A stretch of DNA of 26,945 nucleotides from Macrostomum lignano (Eukaryota), in assembly GCA_002269645.1 (NCBI GenBank), contig NIVC01001321.1:1-26945 (forward strand), read 5' to 3'. A model generated the notes under the pieces. The model did not search any database. It was given only the letters and a program-made list of their open reading frames with translations, and was not told the DNA's origin. Below are positions 1-11,400 of this stretch, piece by piece (within the stretch, counting starts at the first letter, position 1; each line of letters opens with the position of its first letter). A program made the translations under genes and the position numbers.

Positions 1-1
1 T

Positions 2-1648
2 TCAAAAGAGTTCAGTGACCTACACGGTTTTGAGTTCGCTGACGCCGCCCATTCGAACCATTCTGTGATAAATCATGAGAATCTAAAACTTATGCTCAAA
101 AGAATTTCCGAGCTTTATCAGGAACGCAGTTGCCGAAATTTTAGAAACGAAGTCTCTTTTAGTAAAGTCTCACGAAGCCTCTTCCGAACTAAACTGTGTG
201 ATGCAATCGCTTGAGAAAAGTGTGACTGTGTGCTTCAACGGACTGTAACAAGTCATGAGCAAAAGATCTCTGAGTTGGAAGAATTGACATCTTTGCAACA
301 AGGACAGATTTCAGAGTTTCGGTCTATACGAAGTGTTAACGAAAAAGTAATTTCTCAGCTTCAGGATGTAAATTCTTCCCTGTCAACTGATATTGGCGAA
401 TGCCGTCAGTCATTGCAAAATGCGATAGAAATTAAAGATCAGTTAGAACGCAAGGTAAGTAAGCTTCAGGATGAATGCAGTATTGCCACTCGAAAATATG
501 AAGAGTTGGTAGACACCAAACGCTTTCTTGAGGGAGAGCTACTAGCTGTTAAGAACTCTCAAGTATTGAGTGAAGAAAAACTAAATTTTGCCTCAAAGAC
601 GAATGAGGATCTTTCACATCAATTAAATAAAGCACTGAAGAAAGAGAACAACGTTACCATGAAATTTTGAACTGAAGAAGCAGAGCGAGGAGTATAACCG
701 TGATATAATTGAACTTCGCAATTCAAAAGCTGAGGCTGATAAAAAGTTGAAGAGTTACAAAGCATCGTTGTAGCTCAAAGAAAAGCTGCGTCTGAACTGC
801 AAGACACTAATTTCAAGCTAGAAAAGTCTGTTTCTGACTACGAAGAAATTTTGTATTCGCATGAGACTAACATTTTGTTGCTTCAGAAGACCAGCTTTTT
901 GCAGGAAGACTCGATCGCCAAGCTCAAAGAGTTGAATTCCGCACTGCGCAAGTCTATTGTGGAACTACAGGATGCTAACTCAAATATGGAAAAGCGGATA
1001 ATTGAGTTAGAAGAGGAAGAGCAGAGGATGCATTCGGAAATCGGATCATATCTGGAAAGAATATCCGAACTAGAATCGCAGGTCAGTGAAGAACAAATTA
1101 GCAGAGTGAATCAATTGCAAACTGCTAATACACAACTCACAGACGAGCTAAGCAAGCTAAAGGAAGAAAGGATGCATCTGAACCAAACTGTTGCTGATCT
1201 GGAATCAGAAAAGCTTAAACAACAGCAGGAAATAGAAGTGCGAGATGCGCAACTAATCCAACTCGAAGGTAATGCTGCGCATTATAAGGATGACCTCACA
1301 AAAGTATCGGACGAATTGGTCGAAGCGATGGCGTCAAAAGAGGAACTCGTAAAGGAAATCAGTACAATCGTACTCGCTAAGCAAGATTTTGAAACTCAGG
1401 TCTCTAAGCTGACACAGGAAAACTCAAATTTAGATGAGCAGAATAAAAAGCTTATTGTGGAACTGGAGCAGTCAGCAGAAGGATTTCGTTCTGCAAAGCA
1501 GGAGTTTGAGCGGTCAGTAAATGCATTAAAGTACGAATTAGAAACTCTGGAGAAATCAAACAGTTATCTGGATGGCCAGCTCCGGCAGTCCTCTGACAAG
1601 GCGTCAAATTTGGAATCCGAACTGCTATTGTTAGACAAGACCTATCAG
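2..1648 (+). CDS. Coding exon A (5'-truncated by window edge, frameshifted) of giant coiled-coil golgin-like gene
   Basis: ORFs 230-670 and 851-1663 are in the same frame and both are E/K/L/Q/S-rich coiled coil. They are bridged by a shifted frame at 669-770 (ELKKQSEEYNRDIIELRNSKAEADKKLKSY). Further frame switches occur near 125 and 230. The exon ends at CAG|GTACAA (donor 1649). Confidence 0.7.
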
Positions 1649-1840
1649 GTACAAGAATTATAATTTTGTATTTTTTCATACAGTTAATAAAAGCTTAAAT
1701 TATCACTTGCCTATCGTATAAAAAATTAAAAACAACAGAAAAATTTAGACTACGTACAGTACTCTCTCTTATTCATCGTTTTGCATTAAGTTAAATTACT
1801 GTCACTTGTCGTAACATAAGAATTTTTCTCTTCTTTTTAG
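1649..1840 (+). other. Intron 1 (192 nt, phase 0)
   Basis: GTACAA donor, AT-rich body with in-frame stops, acceptor tttttctcttctttttag|GAT GCG AAA restores the frame of ORF 1850-4123. Confidence 0.85.
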
Positions 1841-4081
1841 GATGCGAAAGTGGACCTATGTGTACAGCTCCAAAGAGCAAAAGAGGAACTACAGCAAACG
1901 CAAATAGAAAATGTGGACCTTCAAACCCGAGAAAGTGCTTCACTTGACAGTGTCAGCACTCTAACTAAAGAGCGTGACGACCTAGCCACTGAGTGCAATC
2001 TCGTAGCCTCAGAAGCTGCCCAGTTAAAAGAAGCCAACTCAGACTTAAATAACAGGCTTGAGGAGGTCTGCGCCGAGCGAGATCGCATGAAAGAAAAGTG
2101 CGCTCGACTTGTGAAGCAGTGCCGCATTTTGAAGGAAGCGTCCAAGCAGAGCCAACAACGAGCAGAGACTGCGGACATTTGCTGTCAGACTGACGAAACC
2201 ACTGAGTCAGAGGCTGCAGCTGGTACAGCATCTGCATCAGTATCAGATGCTGCAACTGAAACAGATGTAGTCATCTCTTCTGAGTCTTCATTTGAACCAG
2301 GAAGGTTGATGGTAGATGCTTGTACTGATGCAGAGCCATGTGAACTTGAAAGTCGAGTGTCTGAGCAAGATGTTGAGCAGTTATTATCGTCGAAGATGTC
2401 ACTGACTGAGGAAGTATTCAAGTTGAAGCAGCAGCTCGCAGCTTTGGAGTCATCGAAGCAAGCTGCGGATTCAGAGCTTGACAAAGCGATGACTGTCATG
2501 TCAGCTCACGAAAAGCTCGTTTCAGAACACGAAGTGTTAATATCGGAGCGGGATTCATTGATGTCGGAACGCGACGCATTGGTCACGGAGCGCGAAGCCA
2601 TTCTCTTCGATCGTGAAAATTTTTCATCAGAGCGGGATGCCTTGATAACAGAAAAGGAAGCTTTGGTGCTAGAGCGGAACACCTTGATAAGAGAACGGGA
2701 GACTTTGATATCAGAACGTGACTCCATGGCTACAGAGCGCGAGGCACTAGCCTCAGAGAACGCTCAGCTGATGGAATTCGCCACCCAGTTGAAGGAGAAG
2801 CATGACTCTGTCTGCACCGAGCGAGATCGCATGAAAGAAAAGTGCGCTCGACTCGTGAAACAGTGCCGCATTTTGAAGGAAGCATCCAAGCAGAGTCACC
2901 AGCAAACAGAAACTGCGGACATGTGCTGCCAGACTGAAGCCGCCACCGAGTCAGTGGCTGCAGCTGGTACATCATCTGCATCAGTATCAGACGCCGCAAC
3001 TGAAACAGTTATGATAATCTCTTCAGAGTCGTCATTTGAACCAGAAAGGATGATGGTAGATGCTTGTACTGATGCAGAGCCATGTGAACTTGAAAGTCGA
3101 GTGTCAGAGCAAGAGGTTGAGCATTTATTATTGTCCAAGATGTCTCTGACTGAGGAAGTCTTCGATTTAAAGCAGCAGCTTGCAGCTTTGGAGACATCAA
3201 AGCAAACTGCGGATTCAGAGCTTGAGAGAGCAATTAGTCTAATGTCCGAGCGGGACAGTTTAGCATCACAGTGCGATTCTGTAATATTGGAGCGCGACGC
3301 ACTAATTTCCGGACGTGAACGCCTGATCGCTGATCTTGAAAGCCTAGTATCCTCTCGTGATGCTCTGGTATTAGAGCGTGACTCTCTGGTAACAGAACGC
3401 GATACTCTAGTATCAGGACGTGCTTCCCTGGTAACAGAACTTGACTCTGTAACAACAGAGCGCGAAACACTAGCCTCAGAAAACGCCCAAATAATGGAAT
3501 CCGCCGCCCAGTTAAGGGAAAAGCATGACTCAGTGTGCACAGAGCGAGATCGGATGAAAGAAAAGTGCGCTCGACTCGTTAAACAGTGTCGCAATCTGAA
3601 GGAGGCTTCAAAGCAGAGTCAGCATCGAGCAGAGACCGCAGAATTCAGCTCTCAGACTGAACCGGACACCGTGTCTTTGGCTGCCGCGGGCGCTGTACTG
3701 ACATCTGATGGTGGACCAATGCCTTCAGTGACTCAAGTAAATGTATCCACAGAAACCGATCTACTGTTGCAGCCAGAAAGACCGTTGGTAGATGTTGCCG
3801 CTGATGACGAATGGACTGGTGCTCTTACTAAAAGTTCAAAGCGCGAGTTAGAGAGCTTGTTAGCATCAAAGATTTCCCTAGGAGAGGAGGTATCTGACTT
3901 GAAGAATCAACTCACCGAATCCGAGGCTGCTAGAAAGCTTGCAGAGTCTCAGCTGAAGAAATCATTGCAAAAACTACAAATAGTTGAGAATCTAGCGCAG
4001 CATGTGTCAAGTGGAGAGACACAGATTGAAGAGTTTCCGGAGTTGGAGACTGTGGTCAGCTCAGTTCGTGTCGCCCTACTT
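1841..4081 (+). CDS. Exon B of giant golgin-like gene (repeat units 1-3)
   Basis: Open frame, coiled-coil repeats, ends CTT|GTAAGT at 4082. Confidence 0.9.
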
Positions 4082-6650
4082 GTAAGTACTTCTTCCAAGT
4101 TTTGTACTCGTATATATTTTTAGCGATATTTCGGTTTTTATTTTATTGTTTTCTTCTCAATTTTTTAGAACACTCATTCCTCTAGGAGTCTTCAACAGTC
4201 AGAAATAGAACAGCTGCAATCAACGTTAAAAGGCTTGGAAAATATCCGGGACTCATTAACCAGCGAGCGCGACGCCTTGGCATCAGAACTACAAGCAATG
4301 GCGTCGCAACTTGAAGACATCGCAACTGAACGTGATTCGCTGAAGATGGATCGCAGCCTATTATCTTCTGAACGGGACACCTTGGCGTCAGAAAAAGTTC
4401 AGCTGATGGAATCTACCTCTCAAATAAAGGAGCAGCATGACGCGGTCTGCGCCGAGCGAGATCGCATGAAAGAAAAGTGCGCTCGACTCGTGAAACAGTG
4501 CCGCATTTTGAAGGAAGCATCCAAGCAGAGTCAACAACGCGCGGAGACTGCGGACATGTGCTGTCAGACTGAGACGACCACCGAATCAGTGGCTGCAGCT
4601 GGTACAGCATCTGCATCAGTATCAGATGCTAAAAATAAAACGAATATGATTATCTCTTCTGAGTCGTCATTCGAACCAGAAAGGATGATGGTAGACGCGT
4701 GTACTGATGCAGAGCCAAGTGGACTTGAAAGCCGAGTATCCGAGCAAGAGGTCGAACAGTTATTATCATCCAAGATGTCACTCACTGAGGAAGTATTCAA
4801 GTTGAAGCAGCAGCTCGCAGCTTTGGAGTCATCGAAGCAAGCTGCGGATTCAGAGCTTGACAAAGCGATGACTGTCATGTCAGCTCACGATAAGCTTGTT
4901 TCAGAACACGAAGTGTTACTATCGCAGCGTGATTCGTTGGTGTCGGAACGTGATGCATTGGTCACTGAGCGCGAAGCCATGCTCTCGGATTATGGAAATT
5001 TATCATCAGAGCGGGACGCCTTGATTAAAGAACGGGAGACTTTGGTATCAGAACGGAACGACTTTGCGTCAGAGCGTGACTCCATGGCTACAGAGCGCGA
5101 GGCATTAGCCTCAGAGAACGCTCAGCTGATGGAATCCGCCACCCAGTTGAAGGAGAAGCATGACTCAGTGTGCACCGAGCGAGATCGCATGAAAGAAAAG
5201 TGCGCTCGACTCGTGAAACAGTGCCGCATTTTGAAGGAAGCATCCAAGCAGAGTCAACAACGCGCGGAGACTGCAGACATTTGCTGTCAGACTGAGACGA
5301 CCACCGAATCAGTGGCTGCAGCTGGTACAGCATCAGCATCAGTATCAGATGCTAAAAATAAAACGAATATGATTATCTCTTCTGAGTCGTCATTCGAACC
5401 AGAAAGGATGATGGTAGACGCGTGTACTGATGCAGAGCCAAGTGGACTTGAAGGTCGAGTGTCCGAGCAAGAGATTGAGCAGTTATTATCATCCAAGGTG
5501 TCACTGACTGAGGAAGTCTTCGAGTTGAAACAGCAGCTCGCAGCTTTGGAGTCATCGAAGCAAGCTGTGGATTCAGAGCTCGACAAAGCAATGACTGTCA
5601 TGTCAGCTCATGAAAATCTCGTTTCAGACCGAGACAATTTACTGTCTGAACGGGAGAAGCTTGTCTCAATGTACAATAGTTTACTGTTAGAGCGTGACAC
5701 GTTGATTAAAGAGCGCTCAGCTACGATCTCTGAGCTTGAAAACCTAGTATTAGAACGAAACGCTCTGGTTTCGGAACGTGACACGCTTGCGTTAGAGCGG
5801 AATACTTTAGCTTCAGAGAACGCTGCTCTGATGGAATCTGCCACCCAGTTGAAGGAAAAGCATGACGCAGTCTGTACTGAGCAAGATCGCATGAAAGAAA
5901 AGTGCGCTCGACTTGTGAAGCAGTGCCGCATTTTGAAGGAAGCATCCAAGCAGAGTCATCAGCGAGCAGAGACTGCGGACATTGGCTGTCAGATTGAAAC
6001 AGCCACTGAGTCAGTAACTGCAGCTAGTGCGACAGCTACATCAGATGCTGCAACTGAAACAGATGTCATCTCTTCCGACTCTTTATTCGAACCAGTAAGG
6101 GTGATGGTTGATGCTAGTACTGATGTGGAATTCAATGAAGTTCACAGTCGAGTGTCCGAACAAGAAGTTGAGCAGTTATTGTTCTCTAAGATGGCACTGA
6201 CTGAAGAAGTATTCGAGTTAAAACAACAACTCGCAGCTTCAGAAGCATCCAGAGAAGCGACAGATTCTGAACTTGCTAAAGTAAAGGTTCTAAACTCAGA
6301 TCGAGAGGATTCAGTTTTAGATCGAGACACTTTGGTATTAGAGCGAGATTCGTTGTTAACCCAACGGGACAGCATACTTTTAGAGCGAGACACTTTGATT
6401 GCAGAGCGAGAGTCAATGCTTTCCGATCGGGAAAATTTAGTCGCAGAGCGGGACGCTTTAGCCTCTGAGAACGCTGCTCTAATGGAATCTTCTACCCAGT
6501 TGAAAGTGACGCATGAGGAAGTCAGCACCGAGCGAGATCGCATGAAAGAAAAATTTGCCCGGCTTGTAAAACAGTGCCGAATTCTGAAAGAGGCAGCCAG
6601 GCAGAGTCAGCAGCGAGCAGAGACTGCGGAATGCAGCTGTCAGACCGAAC
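2063..6650 (+). repeat. Coding macro-repeat: 7 copies of a ~650-745 bp unit containing nested 21-bp heptad repeats
   Basis: The anchor gagcgagatcgcatgaaagaaaa (ERDRMKEK, minor variants) starts at 2075, 2819, 3542, 4454, 5177, 5879 and 6530. Spacings are 744, 723, 912 (includes intron 2), 723, 702 and 651 nt. Confidence 0.95.
4082..4168 (+). other. Intron 2 (87 nt, phase 0)
   Basis: GTAAGT donor, T-rich body, acceptor ttttttag|AAC ACT CAT in frame with ORF 4235-7471. The alternative AG at 4185 is out of frame. Confidence 0.85.
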
Positions 6651-6940
6651 CAGAAAGGGAGTCAGCGACTCTATCTGACGCAAACACCGCTTCAAATGCT
6701 AGGCCGGACGTTTCAGTTGCCGATGCATCAACAGAAACGGTTGCACTTTTACCTCCCGAGGCTTCATTCGAAAAAGAGAACCCGACAATTTCTGAGTCTC
6801 AGACCGTTGAAGTTTTCTATCGCGCTTTTGACGATGCTATTAGAGCTGCTGGACTTTCATACCGCGAAGTGAGTCTCCCATCTCCGCCCTCGTTGTTGTC
6901 AATGTCCGAGCTTTCAGAATGGATTACTAACCTTGTTAGC
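4169..6940 (+). CDS. Exon C of giant golgin-like gene (repeat units 4-7)
   Basis: Open frame, same repeat family as exon B, ends AGC|GTAAGT at 6941. Confidence 0.9.
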
Positions 6941-7030
6941 GTAAGTTTCAATGAGTTTTCATTTTTTGTACTGAAATTTCTTCACTTAATACTGCAATTT
7001 TATGAAATTTTTGTCATTATTCTAATACAG
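6941..7030 (+). other. Intron 3 (90 nt, phase 0, no in-frame stop)
   Basis: GTAAGT donor, T-rich body, ctaatacag|TGC acceptor. The ORF track reads through it as an atypical hydrophobic stretch. Confidence 0.8.
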
Positions 7031-7450
7031 TGCGTGGCCAGTCAGCATCAACAGTTGGTAAATACTGGCGAGCGCTGCGAAGGCTTGGAGCAGACTATCG
7101 CCGAGAAAGAGGAGTCCCTAACTGAGATGATGGAGCGCCTTGAGATAGCCAACAAGCGAGCGATTACCACAGGCTCCGCCAGTTGGATTTCCAGCCGTCC
7201 TGCCACCTCGGTTGCCAGCCGTCAAGTTGAATGCGACCTTACTCAGCCGCTTATTGATGAGCTGGAGGCGACGCTGGCTAAACGCGACGGCAAAATTGCC
7301 GCTATGGAGCGGGACAGTCGCGAACTCAACCGGAAGCTGGAGTCCCATCTGCAAACTATGCGTCGAATGGAAGCTCGACTCCAGGCTTCGAGTCGAATGC
7401 TGCGCACTAGGCTGGTTGATAGCGCCGAGGCTGAGCAACTGGCGGTTGAG
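7031..7450 (+). CDS. Exon D of giant golgin-like gene
   Basis: Coiled-coil sequence (LEQTIAEKEESLTEMMERLE...). Probable donor GAG|GTTGGT at 7451, with an in-frame stop 18 nt later. Confidence 0.8.
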
Positions 7451-8419
7451 GTTGGTGCAGTGCTTTTGTAGGGGTTTGTAAAAACGGTGCTCACCTAACA
7501 CTAGAAAAATTTCGGAAAGCTTGGAAAAACTGCTATAGCAGCATTCCAACGAAGCTCTCTACGTTCGTACATTGTAAAAGAGGATGTCAACTTTTGCGGC
7601 GAAGTAAAGCTCTGGACCCAACCAACTACATTTTTTATAACTTTTCGGATCAATTAACAACTTGTAAAGAAACGCCAAGGCATCTCATCTGGTTCGCTCC
7701 TTTGTGCTCCCAGGGTTTGTTGGTCCAGAGCTTTACTTTCGACTCCATTCGGGTGCTCAAGTTGACATCAACTATCTGTTTATTGACGTTTGTAATTGAT
7801 ACGTCGTAGAAACGTCACAAATCTATTAATTGGGGGATTTAGCTTAGTGGTTAGAGCGTCGGACTCACGACTTAAAGGTCGGGGGTTCGATTCCCGATCT
7901 CACTGGAACAATTTGTGCTCTTGAGCAAGACGCTTAACTCTGCATTGCTTCAGTTCACCCAGCTGTAAAATGGGTGCCAGCATTAGCTGGGGTAATTGAG
8001 GCTGTGTGGCGACCCCCCCCCCCCAGTCCTTGGGCTGAACAGCCGTACGCAGCCTTCAGATGCGCCGCACAATAGCTGCGGCTGAGCTGTCGGTTGTATA
8101 TCTTCCCAATCGGGGTAGGTGTAATCAGTTATTATTATTATTATTATTATTATCATCATCATTATTATCATTATCATCATCGTCATGATTATCATTATCA
8201 TTAATAAATGATAGAACCGCTTACTGCTTACTGTTTTACGATATGAAAGATCCAGTTTGTTAAATTTCTAATTAATGAAGTTAAGCAGTGCTTTTACATT
8301 CTGAAAGTTCTAGTTTCTGAAGCGATCTCACCCCAATGCCATCCAGCTGTCTTTAGCTCTTTCTTAACCTTATTATACACAATAAATCATATTGAAAAGG
8401 CCTCTTCAATCAATTCCAG
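7451..8419 (+). other. Intron 4 (969 nt, phase 0) containing a SINE
   Basis: GTTGGT donor and caattccag|GTG acceptor join AEQLAVE to VESLFAQLDAAEEE in frame. The donor is weak, so the exact 5' boundary is less certain. Confidence 0.7.
7832..8202 (+). mobile_element. tRNA-derived SINE with CORE-like central domain and (ATT/ATC)n tail
   Basis: A box TAGCTTAGTGG (7840-7850) and B box GGTTCGATTCC (7884-7894). The segment cttgagcaagacgcttaactctgcattgcttcagttcacccagctgtaaaatggg (about 7920-7974) resembles the MIR/CORE consensus. Trinucleotide tail at 8129-8202. Confidence 0.8.
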
Positions 8420-11400
8420 GTGGAGTCTTTGTTCGCGCAGCTCGACGCAGCCGAAGAAGAGGTTGGCCAGCTGCGCTTGACCCTGCGGGACCGGGACAAT
8501 GAGCTGCTCCGGCTAGCCGACCAGCTGCGCGTCGAATCCGAGGCCAAGCGGCTCGACCTGTCAACTATGCGCGAGCAGTCCCGTCTGTACGAGGCGGAGG
8601 TGCGTCGCCTACGTTTTGAATTGGACGCCAAAGAGGAAATGCTGACGCTGACTCGCGAGGCCGCCACCACCGCCACCCCCGCAGCCGCCGCGTCCACTTC
8701 GTCGGGTTGCGGCAGAGAGGACACGGCGGGGGATGGGGAGCTGGACAATAGTGCCGCATTTTATAAGCGCCGTACGGACGAACTCACTGTTGAACTCAAC
8801 AATGCTAGAAATTCTATTCAGCGGCTGACTGGCGAGTTAAAGGAAAATTCTATTGCGGCTGAAGCTGCCGTTGAAAAACTGCGCGCCGAGCTGTCGGTCA
8901 CCGTTGAAAGCAAAGAGTTACTAAACAGAGAATTAATTGAAGCCAAAACTGCTTGCGACAGTTTGACTATTGAAATAGCCGAAGCCAAAGAAGATGGAAG
9001 CATTATAGAAAAGCTTAACTCAGAATTGGCAACGGCCTCAGATGACAAAGAGTTGTTGAACAAAGAGCTGTTTGAAGCTAAAGCTACAATTGACAATCTG
9101 ACGGCTGAATTAGCTAAAACAAAGACTGAAATCGAGCTTGTGGGTGATTCTAATTCAAAACTGACCAATGCCATCAGAGACAAAGAGTTACTAAGCGAAG
9201 AATTGAGTAAAGCTAAAGCTACAATTGACAATTTGACCGCTGAATTGGCTAAAACAAAGACTGAACTCGAGCTTGTGGGTGATTCTAATTCAAAACTGAC
9301 CAATGCCATCAGAGACAAAGAGTTACTAAGCGAAGAATTGAGTAAAGCTAAAGCTACAAATGACAATTTGACTGCTGAATTGGCTAAAACAAAGACTGAA
9401 CTCGAGCTTGTGGGTGATTCTAATTCAAAACTGACCAATGCCATCAGAGACAAAGAGTTACTAAGCGAAGAATTGAGTAAAGCTAAAGCTACAATTGACA
9501 ATTTGACTGCTGAATTGGCTAAAACAAAGACCAAAGTGGACGGCGATGCTAGTGAAGCGCTGGGCAATTTAAACTCTGAATTGACGGTCGCTTTAGAAGA
9601 AAAAGAAAAAGAACTAAGCGAGACAAAAGTTCTAATAGACAATTTGACGGCCGAATTGACCAAAGCCAAAGAAGACATGGTTATTGAATCTACAGAAACT
9701 AGAAGCATCATTGAACAACTTGCAAAGGACAAGGAAAATTTAAATCAACAACTAACTGCGGCTAACAATGGAATTGACAGTTTAAACATCGAATTTGTCA
9801 GGACTAAGGAGGATTTGAATAATAGACTGGCTGAAGCTGAATGCACGATCGATAATCTGCGCTCTGAGCTGGCCAGTGCGGCTACCGCTAATGATAATTT
9901 ATGCAACGAATTGGCAGAAGCTAAAATATTAATCGATGAGCTGAGAAATGAGCAAAAAGAAGTTGAAAAACCTACTTTGGCTACTGTAAGTTGCGCCAGC
10001 CAGACTGAAGCGGTCCCGGAAGCTGCAGGTCTCGAACAGCAGCGACTGTATGGCGCTGGTCAGGACACCGCCGATGGTGAAAGCGAAGCCAGTCTGCGCA
10101 GTCGTTTGGCTGAGAAAGAGCGCCTGGAGCAGCGCTACGCCGCTCTGGTAAAGAAGCTCCGACAGCAGCGACAGGAGACACTGCAGCAGCACCGTAATCA
10201 GCTGGCTGAAGTTCAGTCAGCAGCCGCTGCTGAGGTGGACGAGCTGCGTCGACGATTGGAAGCCAGCGAAGCTGAGCTCGATTCGGCACGGATGTCCCTG
10301 GCTTTAGCACCGCCACCGCCGCCACCTCCGCCGCCTCCGCCTCAGCAGCAGGCAGCCGAATCGGAGCTGCAGTCTCTGCGTGCTGTGCACTCGCGATGCC
10401 AAGGACAGCTGGACCAGGTTCGAGCCGAGCGCAATCGAATTCAACAGGAGTTCGACAGGCTGCGGCGGCGGCTAGAAGAGAGGCCTTTGTCGTCAACTCC
10501 GCCACCACCGCCTTCGCAGCCGATCGAGCGCTTACAGCAGTCTTCATCTCCGACGCCGTCACCGCCGCCCCTGCATGCTCCAACAGCTGAAGCATCGGCG
10601 GTTGATGCCGCTGCGGCTGCAGCAGCCGAGGATGAAGTTCTAACACTGCGCTCCGAGAACGAAGGCTTGCGCTTTAAAGTGAGCGTGCTAGAGACCAAAG
10701 CCAAGAAGATGGAGTTCCGACTTAGGGCTGAACGCGACAAGATTGACAAGCTGCAGCTGCGGCTCGACGAGAAAGACGTGGAACTGGACCAGCTGGTTGA
10801 CAAGCTTCGCGCCAGCCGGGGCCAGCTCGAATCTGAGCGCAGTCGACACCTCAACGAAGCCAAACGGCTCAGCGCAGCGCTTGAGGCTGAAGAGGCTCGG
10901 GCCGGCAAGCTCGAGCGTCGACTACGCGACGGCAGCTCCGAGTCGGCGACGGCCGCCCTCGCCGAGGAGGCGGCTGCGGCTCGCGAAGCAAAACGCCAAT
11001 CGGAGCAGCGCCTGCTAGCGGAGGCGGCCGATCTGCGCGGCCAGCTGGACGAACTGGCGGCTGACAATCGCGATTTGCGCAGCCGACTTGAAGCGGCCGC
11101 CCCGTCTGGCTCTGGCGCCTCCGCCGGGGTCAGCGCGAGCGACTGTGCCGAGTGTAGGCGTCTGCGCGAGGCTGTCCGAGTGCTGGAGCTTCAACAGGCC
11201 TCGAGACGTAGCAGGCAGCCAACTTGCGAGACCAAGTCTGTTGGCACCGAGGCGGTGTCAGTTGATGAGGCTGCCTGTCAGACATTGGAACCTGACGAAG
11301 AGAATGATGCAATGCAGCGGCGATTAAACGAGCTAGAGTTGGCGGCTGTGGAGTGCGAGTCGCTTCGGGCTCTGGTGAAGCAGATGGAGGAGTCTGCGGC

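Noticed and set aside
1452-6543. Many minus-strand ORFs of 60-230 aa over exons A-C
   Set aside because: They are antisense shadows of the repetitive coiled-coil frame. They are Ser-rich, recur with the repeat period and show no independent gene signals.
7832-7905. Functional tRNA gene
   Set aside because: The A and B boxes are present, but the anticodon and acceptor stems do not pair properly, and the sequence continues into a CORE-like body and tail, so it is a SINE head.
7983-8201. 72-aa minus ORF rich in Ile/Met
   Set aside because: It is a translation of the SINE (ATT/ATC)n tail.
1649-8419. All four introns have lengths divisible by three (192, 87, 90, 969)
   Set aside because: About a 1-in-81 coincidence. 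Three contain in-frame stops and one length includes a SINE insertion, so no mechanism is implied.
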